DNA of 64,000 bases. Source: Escherichia coli. GTDB taxonomy: Bacteria > Pseudomonadota > Gammaproteobacteria > Enterobacterales > Enterobacteriaceae. Made by a program: the position numbers and the translations under genes. Position 1 is the stretch's first letter. The number at the start of each line of letters is the position of its first letter. The notes beneath the pieces are model-generated. The model was not told the origin of the DNA. It searched no databases and saw nothing but the letters and a program-made list of their open reading frames with translations. Shown here one piece after another: positions 39,345 to 50,760 of the stretch. The DNA lies in the NCBI RefSeq assembly GCF_001677475.2, contig NZ_CP015229.1; one strand, 5' to 3'.

Positions 39345-39363
39345 CCGGGCCGTAGACCCGGCA
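39345..39363. terminator. Hairpin downstream of yddG (possible terminator)
   Basis: GCCGGG-CCGTAGA-CCCGGC stem-loop next to the yddG stop. Confidence 0.35.
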
Positions 39364-39369
39364 ATTATT

Positions 39370-40251
39370 TTAACCACGACGTGTCGCCAGCCAGCAGAGC
39401 AGGGAACCGCCGCAGACCATCAGTGCGCCTTGCCAGAACGAGAACGACAGCGGGGCGCTGAGCAGCACGGCTGCAAGCGCTGAGGAAAGTACGGGCGTAA
39501 AATACGAACCTACCGCCATAATGGTGACGTTGCCATGTAATATACCGACATTCCATGCAGCATAAGCAAATCCTAAGGTAAATGCCGCAGAGATGAGTTT
39601 AATCATGACTGGCGTGCTAAATACCATTTCTGGTTGTGGCGTGAGAAAATAGTAAATCCACAGACTTGCTCCCGTTACCAGGACAAAAACGGTAATTCCG
39701 TTAAATCCGCGTGCGTATTTATTCGTTACTGTGCAATAGGCTGCCCAGATAAAAGCACCAATAAACGCCAGGAAATAACTCAATGGACTGGTGGTAATAT
39801 TATTGATGATTTCATCATATTGTAGCCCGTTGTCGCCGCCTAATACCCAACAGACTCCGACCAGGGCTAATAATAATCCTGGTACAATCAGCCAGTTGGT
39901 TTTCTGACCATTAAACAGAATGGCAAAGAGAATTGTCAGGCTGGGCCACAGATAGTTCACCATACCCACTTCAATCGCCTGATGACGGGTCGCCGCATAC
40001 CCTAAGGAAAGCGCCAGACAGATTTCATAGCTGACGAATAACAGACTCCCAGCGAGCAAATAGCCTTTCGGGATTTGCCGAATACGCGGAAATCCAACCG
40101 TGAAGATTAACAGCAGCCCGCTTAATGAATAGATAGCAGCTGCGCCGCCGACCGGGCCGAGCCCCTCACTGACACCGCGAATCAATCCTACCATCGTGCT
40201 CCACAGGACGATCGCGATTAGCCCTATGAGCGTTGCTTTTTGTCGTGTCAT
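39370..40251 (-). CDS. yddG: Aromatic amino acid exporter YddG (DMT family)
   Basis: 293 aa, 10-TM-like; synteny. Confidence 0.85.
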   Translation of the reverse strand: MTRQKATLIGLIAIVLWSTMVGLIRGVSEGLGPVGGAAAIYSLSGLLLIFTVGFPRIRQIPKGYLLAGSLLFVSYEICLALSLGYAATRHQAIEVGMVNYLWPSLTILFAILFNGQKTNWLIVPGLLLALVGVCWVLGGDNGLQYDEIINNITTSPLSYFLAFIGAFIWAAYCTVTNKYARGFNGITVFVLVTGASLWIYYFLTPQPEMVFSTPVMIKLISAAFTLGFAYAAWNVGILHGNVTIMAVGSYFTPVLSSALAAVLLSAPLSFSFWQGALMVCGGSLLCWLATRRG

Positions 40252-40404
40252 GCTCGCTGTTTTGTCTCTCTTGCCGTTAAAAATTAAGCTGAATTTTATA
40301 GCATTTTTTTAACTGGCCTGTCAGGCAGTGGTGCGTTTTTCTACCGCTATTGAGGTAGGTCAATTTGCGCAGGCGGATTATTTTGTGGCAAACACGTGTT
40401 CTTT

Positions 40405-40418
40405 TTGATTTCGCGCAA
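40405..40418 (+). promoter_or_regulatory. FNR-like half-site in fdnG promoter region
   Basis: TTGAT-N4-CGCAA about 70 bp upstream of fdnG ATG; fdnGHI is anaerobically induced in E. coli. Confidence 0.3.
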
Positions 40419-40482
40419 AAAGATTCAGAATTTTACTGTTAGTTTCCTCGCGCAGTAATACCCCTGAAAAAAGAGGAAAGCA

Positions 40483-43400
40483 ATGGACGTCAGTCGCAGA
40501 CAATTTTTTAAAATCTGCGCGGGCGGTATGGCTGGAACAACGGTAGCGGCATTGGGCTTTGCCCCGAAGCAAGCACTGGCTCAGGCGCGAAACTACAAAT
40601 TATTACGCGCTAAAGAGATCCGTAACACCTGCACATACTGTTCCGTAGGTTGCGGGCTATTGATGTATAGCCTGGGTGATGGCGCGAAAAACGCCAGAGA
40701 AGCGATTTATCACATTGAAGGTGACCCGGATCATCCGGTAAGCCGTGGTGCGCTGTGCCCAAAAGGGGCAGGTTTGCTGGATTACGTCAACAGCGAAAAC
40801 CGTCTGCGCTACCCGGAATATCGTGCGCCAGGTTCTGACAAATGGCAGCGCATTAGCTGGGAAGAAGCATTCTCCCGTATTGCGAAGCTGATGAAAGCTG
40901 ACCGTGACGCTAACTTTATTGAAAAGAACGAGCAGGGCGTAACGGTAAACCGTTGGCTTTCTACCGGTATGCTGTGTGCTTCCGGTGCCAGCAACGAAAC
41001 CGGGATGCTGACCCAGAAATTTGCCCGCTCCCTCGGGATGCTGGCGGTAGACAACCAGGCGCGCGTCTGACACGGACCAACGGTAGCAAGTCTTGCTCCA
41101 ACATTTGGTCGCGGTGCGATGACCAACCACTGGGTGGATATCAAAAACGCTAATGTCGTAATGGTGATGGGCGGTAACGCTGCTGAAGCGCATCCCGTCG
41201 GTTTCCGCTGGGCGATGGAAGCGAAAAACAACAACGATGCAACCTTGATCGTTGTCGATCCCCGTTTTACGCGTACCGCTTCTGTGGCGGATATTTACGC
41301 ACCTATTCGTTCCGGTACGGACATTACGTTCCTGTCTGGCGTTTTGCGCTACCTGATCGAAAACAACAAAATCAACGCCGAATACGTTAAGCATTACACC
41401 AACGCCAGCCTGCTGGTGCGTGATGATTTTACTTTCGAAGACGGCCTGTTCAGCGGTTATGACGCTGAAAAACGCCAGTACGATAAGTCGTCCTGGAACT
41501 ATCAGTTCGATGAAAACGGCTATGCGAAACGCGATGACACGCTGACTCATCCGCGCTGTGTGTGGAACCTGCTGAAAGCGCACGTTTCCCGCTACACGCC
41601 AGACGTCGTTGAAAACATCTGCGGTACGCCAAAAGCCGACTTCCTGAAAGTGTGTGAAGTGCTGGCCTCCACCAGCGCACCGGATCGCACAACCACCTTC
41701 CTGTACGCGCTGGGCTGGACGCAGCACACCGTGGGTGCGCAGAACATCCGTACTATGGCGATGATCCAGTTACTGCTCGGTAACATGGGTATGGCCGGTG
41801 GTGGCGTGAACGCATTGCGTGGTCACTCCAATATTCAGGGCCTGACTGACTTAGGCCTGCTCTCTACCAGCCTGCCAGGTTATCTGACGCTGCCGTCAGA
41901 AAAACAGGTTGATTTGCAGTCGTATCTGGAAGCGAACACGCCGAAAGCGACGTTGGCTGATCAGGTGAACTACTGGAGCAACTATCCGAAGTTTTTCGTT
42001 AGCCTGATGAAATCTTTCTACGGCGATGCCGCGCAGAAAGAGAATAACTGGGGTTACGACTGGCTGCCGAAGTGGGACCAGACCTACGACGTCATCAAGT
42101 ATTTCAACATGATGGACGAAGGCAAAGTCACCGGTTATTTCTGCCAGGGCTTTAACCCGGTTGCGTCCTTCCCGGACAAAAACAAAGTGGTGAGCTGCCT
42201 GAGCAAGCTGAAGTACATGGTGGTTATCGATCCGCTGGTGACTGAAACCTCTACCTTCTGGCAGAACCACGGCGAGTCGAACGATGTCGATCCTGCGTCT
42301 ATTCAGACTGAAGTATTCCGTCTGCCTTCGACCTGCTTTGCTGAAGAAGATGGTTCTATCGCTAACTCCGGTCGCTGGTTGCAGTGGCACTGGAAAGGTC
42401 AGGATGCGCCGGGCGAAGCGCGTAACGACGGCGAAATTCTGGCGGGTATCTACCATCATCTGCGCGAGCTGTACCACGCCGAAGGTGGTAAAGGCGTAGA
42501 ACCGCTGATGAAGATGAGCTGGAACTACAAGCAGCCGCACGAACCGCAGTCTGACGAAGTGGCGAAAGAGAATAACGGCTATGCGCTGGAAGATCTCTAT
42601 GATGCTAATGGCGTGCTGATTGCGAAGAAAGGTCAGTTGCTGAGTAGCTTTGCGCATCTGCGTGATGACGGTACAACCGCATCGTCTTGCTGGATCTACA
42701 CCGGTAGCTGGACAGAGCAGGGCAACCAGATGGCTAACCGCGATAACTCCGACCCATCCGGTCTGGGGAATACGCTGGGATGGGCCTGGGCGTGGCCGCT
42801 CAACCGTCGCGTACTCTATAACCGTGCTTCGGCGGATATCAACGGTAAACCGTGGGATCCGAAACGGATGCTGATCCAGTGGAATGGCAGCAAGTGGACG
42901 GGTAACGATATTCCGGACTTCGGCAATGCCGCACCAGGTACGCTAACCGGGCCGTTTATCATGCAACCGGAAGGGATGGGACGCCTGTTTGCCATCAACA
43001 AAATGGCGGAAGGTCCGTTCCCGGAACACTACGAGCCAATTGAAACGCCGCTGGGCACTAACCCGCTGCATCCGAACGTGGTGTCTAACCCGGTGGTTCG
43101 TCTGTATGAACAAGACGCGCTGCGGATGGGTAAAAAAGAGCAGTTCCCGTATGTGGGTACGACCTATCGTCTGACCGAGCACTTCCACACCTGGACCAAG
43201 CACGCATTGCTCAACGCAATCGCCCAGCCGGAACAGTTTGTGGAGATCAGCGAAACGCTGGCGGCGGCGAAAGGCATTGCCAATGGTGACCGTGTCACTG
43301 TCTCCAGCAAGCGTGGCTTTATCCGCGCGGTGGCTGTGGTAACGCGCCGTCTGAAACCGCTGAATGTAAACGGTCAGCAGGTTGAAACGGTGGGTATTCC

Positions 43401-43530
43401 AATCCACTGGGGCTTTGAGGGTGTCGCGCGTAAAGGTTATATCGCTAACACTCTGACGCCAAATGTCGGTGATGCAAACTCGCAAACGCCGGAATATAAA
43501 GCGTTCTTAGTAAACATCGAGAAGGCGTAA
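40483..43530 (+). CDS. fdnG: Formate dehydrogenase-N alpha subunit with in-frame TGA (selenocysteine) at 41068-41070
   Basis: Track ORFs 40483..41070 and 41119..43530 are in the same frame separated by a single TGA; Tat signal (RRQFFK) and Mo-bisPGD sequence. Confidence 0.9.
41071..41110 (+). promoter_or_regulatory. SECIS element directing selenocysteine insertion at the fdnG UGA
   Basis: Location immediately 3' of the in-frame TGA; exact stem-loop not folded here. Confidence 0.45.
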
Positions 43531-43542
43531 GGGGGCGAACAG

Positions 43543-44427
43543 ATGGCTATGGAAACGCAGGACATTATCAAAAGGTCCGCAACTAACTCCATCACGCCGC
43601 CTTCTCAGGTGCGTGATTACAAAGCAGAAGTCGCGAAACTTATCGACGTTTCCACCTGTATCGGCTGTAAAGCCTGTCAGGTGGCGTGTTCGGAGTGGAA
43701 CGACATCCGTGATGAAGTGGGGCACTGCGTCGGGGTTTATGATAACCCCGCCGATCTGAGCGCCAAGTCCTGGACGGTGATGCGCTTTAGCGAAACCGAA
43801 CAGAACGGCAAACTGGAGTGGCTGATCCGTAAAGATGGCTGTATGCACTGTGAAGATCCGGGCTGCCTGAAGGCGTGCCCGTCTGCTGGTGCAATCATTC
43901 AGTACGCTAACGGGATTGTCGATTTCCAGTCGGAAAACTGCATCGGCTGTGGTTACTGCATTGCCGGGTGTCCGTTTAATATTCCGCGCCTCAACAAAGA
44001 GGATAACCGGGTATATAAATGCACGCTCTGCGTCGATCGCGTCAGCGTCGGCCAGGAACCGGCTTGTGTGAAAACCTGTCCGACCGGGGCTATCCACTTC
44101 GGCACCAAGAAGGAGATGCTGGAGCTGGCGGAACAGCGCGTGGCGAAACTGAAAGCGCGTGGTTACGAACATGCTGGCGTCTACAACCCGGAAGGGGTCG
44201 GTGGTACGCACGTTATGTACGTGCTGCATCACGCCGATCAGCCGGAGCTGTATCATGGTCTGCCGAAAGATCCGAAGATCGATACCTCTGTAAGCCTGTG
44301 GAAAGGCGCGTTGAAACCGCTGGCAGCGGCTGGCTTTATTGCCACTTTTGCCGGGTTGATTTTCCACTACATCGGTATTGGCCCGAATAAGGAAGTGGAC
44401 GATGACGAGGAGGATCATCATGAGTAA
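43543..44427 (+). CDS. fdnH: Formate dehydrogenase-N beta subunit (4Fe-4S)
   Basis: 294 aa with four CxxCxxCxxxCP ferredoxin motifs. Confidence 0.9.
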   Translation: MAMETQDIIKRSATNSITPPSQVRDYKAEVAKLIDVSTCIGCKACQVACSEWNDIRDEVGHCVGVYDNPADLSAKSWTVMRFSETEQNGKLEWLIRKDGCMHCEDPGCLKACPSAGAIIQYANGIVDFQSENCIGCGYCIAGCPFNIPRLNKEDNRVYKCTLCVDRVSVGQEPACVKTCPTGAIHFGTKKEMLELAEQRVAKLKARGYEHAGVYNPEGVGGTHVMYVLHHADQPELYHGLPKDPKIDTSVSLWKGALKPLAAAGFIATFAGLIFHYIGIGPNKEVDDDEEDHHE

Positions 44428-45073
44428 GTCGAAAATGATTGTGCGCACCAAATTTATTGATCGCGCCTGTCACTGGACCGTGGTGATTTGCTTCTTCCTG
44501 GTGGCGCTGTCCGGGATTTCGTTCTTCTTCCCGACGCTGCAATGGCTGACGCAAACCTTCGGTACGCCGCAGATGGGACGCATTTTGCACCCGTTCTTCG
44601 GCATTGCGATTTTCGTCGCGCTGATGTTTATGTTTGTGCGTTTTGTGCATCACAACATCCCGGATAAGAAAGATATTCCGTGGCTGTTGAACATTGTCGA
44701 AGTATTAAAAGGCAATGAGCACAAAGTGGCGGATGTTGGTAAGTACAACGCCGGGCAAAAGATGATGTTCTGGTCGATCATGAGCATGATTTTCGTGCTG
44801 CTGGTGACCGGGGTGATTATCTGGCGTCCGTACTTTGCGCAGTACTTCCCGATGCAGGTTGTTCGCTACAGCCTGCTGATCCACGCGGCTGCCGGTATCA
44901 TCCTGATCCACGCCATCCTGATCCATATGTATATGGCATTTTGGGTGAAAGGATCGATTAAAGGGATGATCGAAGGGAAGGTGAGCCGTCGCTGGGCGAA
45001 GAAACACCATCCGCGCTGGTATCGTGAAATCGAGAAGGCAGAAGCGAAAAAAGAGAGTGAAGAAGGGATATAA
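44420..45073 (+). CDS. fdnI: Formate dehydrogenase-N gamma subunit (cytochrome b556)
   Basis: Start [12 protein letters not shown] overlapping fdnH stop; 217 aa. Confidence 0.9.
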
Positions 45074-45124
45074 TCTCTTTTGAACTTTAAGCTGAAAATG
45101 GCGCTGTAAAAGGCGTCATTTTCA

Positions 45125-45250
45125 TATTGTAGACAACGTAGGCTTTGTTCATGCCGGATGCGGCGTGAACGCCTTATCCGGCCTACAAACCCTTCAAATC
45201 CAATAGATTGCAGTGAACTTGTAGACCTGATAAGCGTAGCGCATCAGGCA
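45125..45250. repeat. REP/BIME palindromic repeat cluster
   Basis: GCCGGATGCGGCGTGAACGCCTTATCCGGCCTACA and TGTAGACCTGATAAGCGTAGCGCATCAGGCA. Confidence 0.65.
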
Positions 45251-45301
45251 ATGTTGCGTTTGTCATCAGTTTCAAATGGCTCTTTATAAGGTGCCATTTT
45301 T

Positions 45302-45586
45302 TTATTGCGTAACCTGACGGCGTAATCGCGACACATCCACCGTTTTTTCAGCCTCTGCCAGACTCCAGGCGTTTTGCAGATTCAGCCACATTTGCGGCGA
45401 ACTGCCGATCACCACGGAAAGTTTAATTGCCATTTCTGGCGTCAAAGCTGCTTTTCCGGTCAGCAATCGGCTTGCCGTTGAGGGAGCAATTTCCATTGCT
45501 CTGGCAAACTCGCGCAGGCTGACATTAAGTTCGTCCAGTGATTCCTGAATAATGCCCCCCGGACGGGGATGATTGGCCATTTTCAT
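45302..45586 (-). CDS. yddM: HigA-like HTH antitoxin-type protein YddM
   Basis: Start [31 protein letters not shown] (internal Met of track ORF). Confidence 0.75.
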   Translation of the reverse strand: MKMANHPRPGGIIQESLDELNVSLREFARAMEIAPSTASRLLTGKAALTPEMAIKLSVVIGSSPQMWLNLQNAWSLAEAEKTVDVSRLRRQVTQ

Positions 45587-45730
45587 CAGTGTCTTTACTC
45601 TCAGTAGTGTTCCTTCACTGGGAACACCATCATTGTTGTTCCTTCTTGCGCAACAATAATCCATTTAGCCATTTCATGTTGGAGAGAGTGCGATGCTGCG
45701 ACCCGATCATGGCAGTCGCAGCAAAGCCTC

Positions 45731-46741
45731 TTAGCGGCGGAAATCAATCACCATACGGCCACGGATTTTGCCTTCTTCCATCTCGGTAAAGATGGTGTTG
45801 ATGTCCGCTAACGGACGCAGGGCGACTTTCGGCACCACTTTACCTTCGGCGGCAAACTGGAAGGCTTCAGTTAAATCCTGGCGCGTGCCGACCAGCGAAC
45901 CGACCACTTCAATACCATCCAGCACAAGGCGTGGGATATCCAGGCTCATAGACTCCGGCGGCAGACCGACTGCCACAACACGCCCGCCTGCACGGACAGC
46001 ATCAACTGCCGAGTTAAACGCAGCTTTAGCTACCGCTGTCACCACCGCAGCGTGAGCGCCACCGGTTTTTTCCTGCACAATTTTGGCGGCGTCTTCAGTG
46101 CGTGAGTTAATCGCTAAATCAGCGCCCATTTCGGTTGCCAGTTTTAACTGCTCATCGTTGACATCAATGGCGATCACTTTGGCGTTAAAGACATTCTTCG
46201 CGTATTGCAGGGCGAGGTTACCCAGACCGCCAAGACCGTAGATAGCAATCCACTGCCCTGGACGAATTTTTGACAGCTTAACGGCTTTGTAGGTGGTGAC
46301 CCCCGCACAGGTAATGCTGCTGGCCGCCGCCGAGTCCAGACCATCTGGCACTTTTACCGCGTAATCGGCGACCACGATGCACTCTTCCGCCATCCCGCCA
46401 TCAACGCTGTATCCGGCATTTTTAACTGAACGGCAGAGCGTTTCGTTACCACTGTTACAGTATTCGCAATGACCGCATCCTTCGTAAAACCACGCCACGC
46501 TGGCACGATCGCCTGGTTTTAATGAGGTGACACCTGGGCCAACTTCTGCCACCACACCGATGCCTTCATGGCCCAGAATTACGCCGGTTTTGTCACCAAA
46601 ATCGCCATTCTTAACATGAAGATCGGTATGACATACACCACAACACTCCATTTTCAGCAGGGCTTCGCCATGTTTCAGTGAGCGCAGTGTTTTATCCGTA
46701 ACGTCAACATGATGATCCTTCGTAACAACTGCAGCCTTCAT
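45731..46741 (-). CDS. adhP: Alcohol dehydrogenase, propanol-preferring
   Basis: Start [11 protein letters not shown]; Zn-ADH motifs GHEGIG, GLGGLG. Confidence 0.9.
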   Translation of the reverse strand: MKAAVVTKDHHVDVTDKTLRSLKHGEALLKMECCGVCHTDLHVKNGDFGDKTGVILGHEGIGVVAEVGPGVTSLKPGDRASVAWFYEGCGHCEYCNSGNETLCRSVKNAGYSVDGGMAEECIVVADYAVKVPDGLDSAAASSITCAGVTTYKAVKLSKIRPGQWIAIYGLGGLGNLALQYAKNVFNAKVIAIDVNDEQLKLATEMGADLAINSRTEDAAKIVQEKTGGAHAAVVTAVAKAAFNSAVDAVRAGGRVVAVGLPPESMSLDIPRLVLDGIEVVGSLVGTRQDLTEAFQFAAEGKVVPKVALRPLADINTIFTEMEEGKIRGRMVIDFRR

Positions 46742-46874
46742 AGTTCCTCCTTTTCGGATGATGTTCTGCATAGCAGGTGAGGCAAATGAGATTTATTCGC
46801 CACTACCCAGTATGGATGAGATCTGAAAAAGGAAGAGGAAAATTGCCCGGTAGCCTTCACTACCGGGCGCAGGC

Positions 46875-48572
46875 TTAGATGGAGGTACGGCGGTAGTCGC
46901 GGTATTCGGCTTGCCAGAAATTATCGTCAATGGCTTGTTGCAAAGCTTCGGCAGACGTTTTCACCGCCACGCCTTGCTGCTGCGCCATTTTGCCAACCGC
47001 AAACGCAATTGCGCGGGAGACTTTCTGAATATCTTTTAGTTCCGGTAGTACCAGACCTTCGCCGTTCAGGACCAGCGGCGAATACTGGGCAAGCGTTTCA
47101 CTTGCCGACATCAGCATCTCATCGGTGATACGTGACGCGCCGGAAGCAATAACACCCAGCCCAATGCCCGGGAAAATAAAGGCGTTGTTACACTGGGCGA
47201 TAGGGTAGATTTTATCTTTCCATACCACTGGATTAAACGGACTGCCAGTGGCGACCAGCGCGTTACCTTCAGTCCAGGCGATAATGTCCTGAGGTGTGGC
47301 TTCCACGCGTGAAGTCGGGTTAGACAGCGGCATCACGATCGGACGCGGACAGTGTTTGTGCATCTCACGGATGATCTCTTCCGTAAACAGCCCGGTCTGT
47401 CCTGAGACGCCAATCAGAATATCTGGTTTTACATTGCGCACCACGTCCAGCAGTGACAGCACATCGCTGTCGGTATCCCAGTCACTGAGATTTTCGCGTT
47501 TCTGCACCAGTTTGGTCTGGAAAGGCAGCAGGTTCGGCATCTTGTCGGTCAGCAGGCCAAAGCGATCGACCATAAAGACTTTCTGCCGCGCCGTTTCCTC
47601 GCTTAATCCTTCACGCTGAGTCTGGGCAATGATCATTTCGGCAATGCCGCATCCCGCTGAACCTGCGCCAAGGAAGACGATTTTTTTCTCGCTTAACTGA
47701 CCACCTGCCGCGCGGCTGGCTGCGATCAGTGTGCCGACCGTTACCGCCGCGGTGCCCTGAATGTCATCGTTAAAAGAACAAATTTCATTGCGATAGCGGT
47801 TAAGTAACGGCATCGCATTTTTTTGTGCGAAGTCTTCAAACTGCAACAGCACGTCCGGCCAGCGTTGTTTCACAGCCTGGATAAATTCATCAACGAATTC
47901 ATAGTATTCGTCGTCAGTGATACGCGGATTACGCCAGCCCATATACAGCGGATCGTTAAGCAGCTGTTGGTTGTTCGTCCCGACATCCAGCACCACCGGA
48001 AGGGTATACGCCGGGCTGATGCCGCCACAGGCGGTATAGAGTGACAGTTTACCGATCGGAATGCCCATCCCGCCGATGCCCTGGTCACCAAGCCCCAGAA
48101 TACGTTCACCGTCAGTCACCACAATCACTTTAATATTATGGTTCGGCACGTTTTGCAGAATATCGTCCATATTGTGGCGGTTCTGGTAAGAGATAAACAC
48201 GCCGCGTGAACGGCGGTAGATCTCAGAAAAACGCTCACAGGCTGCGCCGACGGTTGGGGTATAAATAACAGGCATCATCTCATCAAGATGATTGTTTACC
48301 AGACGGTAGAAGAGGGTTTCGTTAGTGTCCTGGATGTTACGCAGGTAGATGTGTTTGTCGATTTCGGTTTTGAATCCCTGATACTGGATCCATGCTCGTT
48401 CCGCTTGTTCTTCGATGGTTTCGACCACTTCCGGCAGTAACCCCAGCAGGTTGAAGTTACGGCGTTCTTCCATGCTGAAGGCACTGCCTTTATTCAACAA
48501 CGGAAATTCCAGCAGTACAGGGCCAGCGTAAGGGATATAAAGCGAACGCTGTTTTTTTGTTTTTGGTTCCAT
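46875..48572 (-). CDS. maeA: NAD-dependent malic enzyme
   Basis: Start [18 protein letters not shown] (M13 of track ORF); 565 aa. Confidence 0.9.
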   Translation of the reverse strand: MEPKTKKQRSLYIPYAGPVLLEFPLLNKGSAFSMEERRNFNLLGLLPEVVETIEEQAERAWIQYQGFKTEIDKHIYLRNIQDTNETLFYRLVNNHLDEMMPVIYTPTVGAACERFSEIYRRSRGVFISYQNRHNMDDILQNVPNHNIKVIVVTDGERILGLGDQGIGGMGIPIGKLSLYTACGGISPAYTLPVVLDVGTNNQQLLNDPLYMGWRNPRITDDEYYEFVDEFIQAVKQRWPDVLLQFEDFAQKNAMPLLNRYRNEICSFNDDIQGTAAVTVGTLIAASRAAGGQLSEKKIVFLGAGSAGCGIAEMIIAQTQREGLSEETARQKVFMVDRFGLLTDKMPNLLPFQTKLVQKRENLSDWDTDSDVLSLLDVVRNVKPDILIGVSGQTGLFTEEIIREMHKHCPRPIVMPLSNPTSRVEATPQDIIAWTEGNALVATGSPFNPVVWKDKIYPIAQCNNAFIFPGIGLGVIASGASRITDEMLMSASETLAQYSPLVLNGEGLVLPELKDIQKVSRAIAFAVGKMAQQQGVAVKTSAEALQQAIDDNFWQAEYRDYRRTSI

Positions 48573-48728
48573 GTCACTCACTCTTTTTTGAATATCCATC
48601 CCTGGCACGCTTTTATCGTCTTTGCTTTACCGCCAGGGCGTCGGCCCCAAGTATAAAGCAGATAAAAACAAAAACACCATTGCGCAGGCAATGGTGTTTA
48701 ATCGTCATTGAGGACTGATGGTTATGAA

Positions 48729-48866
48729 TTACTTTTCAGCGGGGCGTTTTCTGCCGGTTGGGTTATTTACCACGCTGGATTTGTCACCTTCGGTAACTAT
48801 TTTGCGCTGGTTAGAAATTTTATGGTCCAGTCCAAGAATATGACGTGCCTGACGGTTCGATTTCAT
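48729..48866 (-). CDS. sra: Stationary-phase ribosome-associated protein Sra (RpsV)
   Basis: Hand-translated minus strand gives [45 protein letters not shown] (45 aa) with AGGAG RBS; below the ORF-track length cutoff; coordinates +/- 1. Confidence 0.75.
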
Positions 48867-48967
48867 TTTAACTCCTCAATCCTGTTGCTAGTTTTAAGGA
48901 CAACATCGCCGTAGCGAAGAAACACGTGCTAAACCCCTAAATTAGGTTGCCGATCAAGCATAGCACC

Positions 48968-49183
48968 TTAAAGCGTAGGGTGCTGGCCACTGACCACATA
49001 ATTGATCGTTTGCTGGTAGATATCACTGAGGATGTCGTTATCAGAAGCTTCCACCCATTTGGTCAGCTCCATGAGAATGTCATCTTCAGTGACAACACCG
49101 TGCTCTGCCCGAAGGCCTTGCTCAATGGCATTAACCAGAGCGGGTTCTGCTGTTGAATTTTCTGCCTGATAATAAGTAAACAT
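48968..49183 (-). CDS. bdm: Biofilm-dependent modulation protein Bdm
   Basis: Start MFTYYQAENSTAEPALVNAIEQG (M22 of track ORF 48968..49246). Confidence 0.8.
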   Translation of the reverse strand: MFTYYQAENSTAEPALVNAIEQGLRAEHGVVTEDDILMELTKWVEASDNDILSDIYQQTINYVVSGQHPTL

Positions 49184-49469
49184 AGTGATTCTCCGTGTCT
49201 GTGTATTTATGGTGTCTGCTACGGATCGCAGATTTATAAAGCACATTCAGCATGGCAAATATTTGCCGCTTCGTTGTTAAGATTAGTCCTGGTTGATGAG
49301 TTTTATATTTTAACACTATGATATTGATAGGGATTGTTATTGGTGTGAATCGATTAATATTGATACAATATCTTTTGAGTCATATATTTCCTGTTATCTA
49401 TTGTGGGAATTTAATTTAAGTACAGAGATAATGTTTTCGCCGGATTTCATTCGGAATATCCTGCTTATC

Positions 49470-49500
49470 CTCGTGCTGTTTCTCACGTAGTCTATAATTT
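49470..49500 (+). promoter_or_regulatory. Candidate osmC promoter -10 region
   Basis: Perfect TATAAT hexamer about 30 bp upstream of osmC ATG; no convincing -35 (consistent with sigma-S type promoters). Confidence 0.3.
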
Positions 49501-49527
49501 CCTTTTTAAGCCCACAGGAGAGCAACA

Positions 49528-49956
49528 ATGACAATCCATAAGAAAGGTCAGGCACACTGGGAAGGCGATATCAAACGCGGGAAGGGAACAGTATCCACCG
49601 AGAGCGGCGTGCTGAACCAACAGCCGTATGGATTTAACACGCGTTTTGAAGGCGAAAAAGGAACCAACCCTGAAGAACTGATTGGCGCAGCGCATGCCGC
49701 ATGTTTCTCAATGGCGCTTTCATTAATGCTGGGGGAAGCGGGATTCACGCCAACATCGATTGATACCACCGCCGATGTGTCGCTGGATAAAGTGGATGCC
49801 GGTTTTGCGATTACGAAAATCGCACTGAAGAGTGAAGTTGCGGTGCCGGGTATTGATGCCTCTACCTTTGACGGCATCATCCAGAAAGCAAAAGCAGGAT
49901 GTCCGGTTTCACAGGTACTGAAAGCGGAAATTACGCTGGTATTAGACGTCAACTAG
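49528..49956 (+). CDS. osmC: Osmotically inducible peroxiredoxin OsmC
   Basis: 142 aa; OsmC/Ohr family sequence. Confidence 0.9.
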   Translation: MTIHKKGQAHWEGDIKRGKGTVSTESGVLNQQPYGFNTRFEGEKGTNPEELIGAAHAACFSMALSLMLGEAGFTPTSIDTTADVSLDKVDAGFAITKIALKSEVAVPGIDASTFDGIIQKAKAGCPVSQVLKAEITLVLDVN

Positions 49957-50004
49957 TTTTGCCGACTCGCGCCAACTATACTGGCCGCACCCTTCAGGGC
50001 GACA

Positions 50005-50760
50005 TCAAGTCGCGCTTGTTACTGCCTTCGCTGTCTTTTTCCTGTAGCTTTCCCCTTTCAGTTCGAACATATATCCGTGATGGATCAGCCTGTCTGCCGC
50101 AGCCACCGCCATAGTCTCATCCACGAAGATGCTGCCCCACATGCTGAACGGATGGTTACTGGTTATCACCAGGCTCCCACGTTCATAGCGATGCGCTATT
50201 AACTCGAACAGCACACCCGTTTCGGCACTATCGCGTTTGACATAGCCAAGATCATCCACCACTATCACCCGGTAGCGATCCAGTTTCAGTAGCAGCTCAT
50301 TCAGTTTCAACTGAGCTCTGGCTTTACGTAGTTCCTGCAACAGCTCTCCTGCGCTGTAGAACCGGGCCCGGTAGCCCTGACCTACTACGCCATCCACGAT
50401 CGCTGCCGCCAGATGGCTTTTCCCCAACCCGCTGGCTCCGAACAGCAGAACGTTTTCTCCTGCATCAACCCAGTCTGTCGTTTCACAGAGTTGCCGGAAC
50501 TGAGCTCCATTCAGTTCCGGCACCTGACTGAAGTCGTATTCGCTCAGCGTTTTGGCAACTGGCAACCGGGCCTCCTTTTTATAACGACGCAGTTTTTCAC
50601 TCTCGCGCCACAGGAGTTCTTCATTGCATAGCGTCAGAAGATAGCGCGATGGTGTCCAGCCTTCTGCCAGCGCTCGTTTTTCCAGAGCGTGCCATTCAGC
50701 TCCAACTCGTGTCAGGCGTAGTTTACGCAGGCTATGTTCAAGGTGATGGATATTGCTCAC
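50005..50760 (-). CDS. istB: IS21-family helper ATPase IstB
   Basis: 251 aa; Walker A GASGLGKSHLA and Walker B VIVVDDLGY. Confidence 0.85.
   Translation of the reverse strand: MSNIHHLEHSLRKLRLTRVGAEWHALEKRALAEGWTPSRYLLTLCNEELLWRESEKLRRYKKEARLPVAKTLSEYDFSQVPELNGAQFRQLCETTDWVDAGENVLLFGASGLGKSHLAAAIVDGVVGQGYRARFYSAGELLQELRKARAQLKLNELLLKLDRYRVIVVDDLGYVKRDSAETGVLFELIAHRYERGSLVITSNHPFSMWGSIFVDETMAVAAADRLIHHGYMFELKGESYRKKTAKAVTSAT

Noticed and set aside
40483-41119. Apparent truncation of fdnG into two ORFs
   Set aside because: A single in-frame TGA at the known selenocysteine position; treated as recoding rather than a pseudogene.
45587-45730. A HigB-like toxin partner for the HigA-like yddM
   Set aside because: Only about 144 bp separates yddM from adhP and there is no suitable ORF on either side; yddM appears to be a solo HTH gene here.
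48708-48914. Plus-strand 68-aa ORF in the maeA-bdm intergenic region
   Set aside because: The minus strand here encodes a perfect 45-aa Sra (RpsV) protein with a good RBS; the plus-strand ORF is its antisense shadow.
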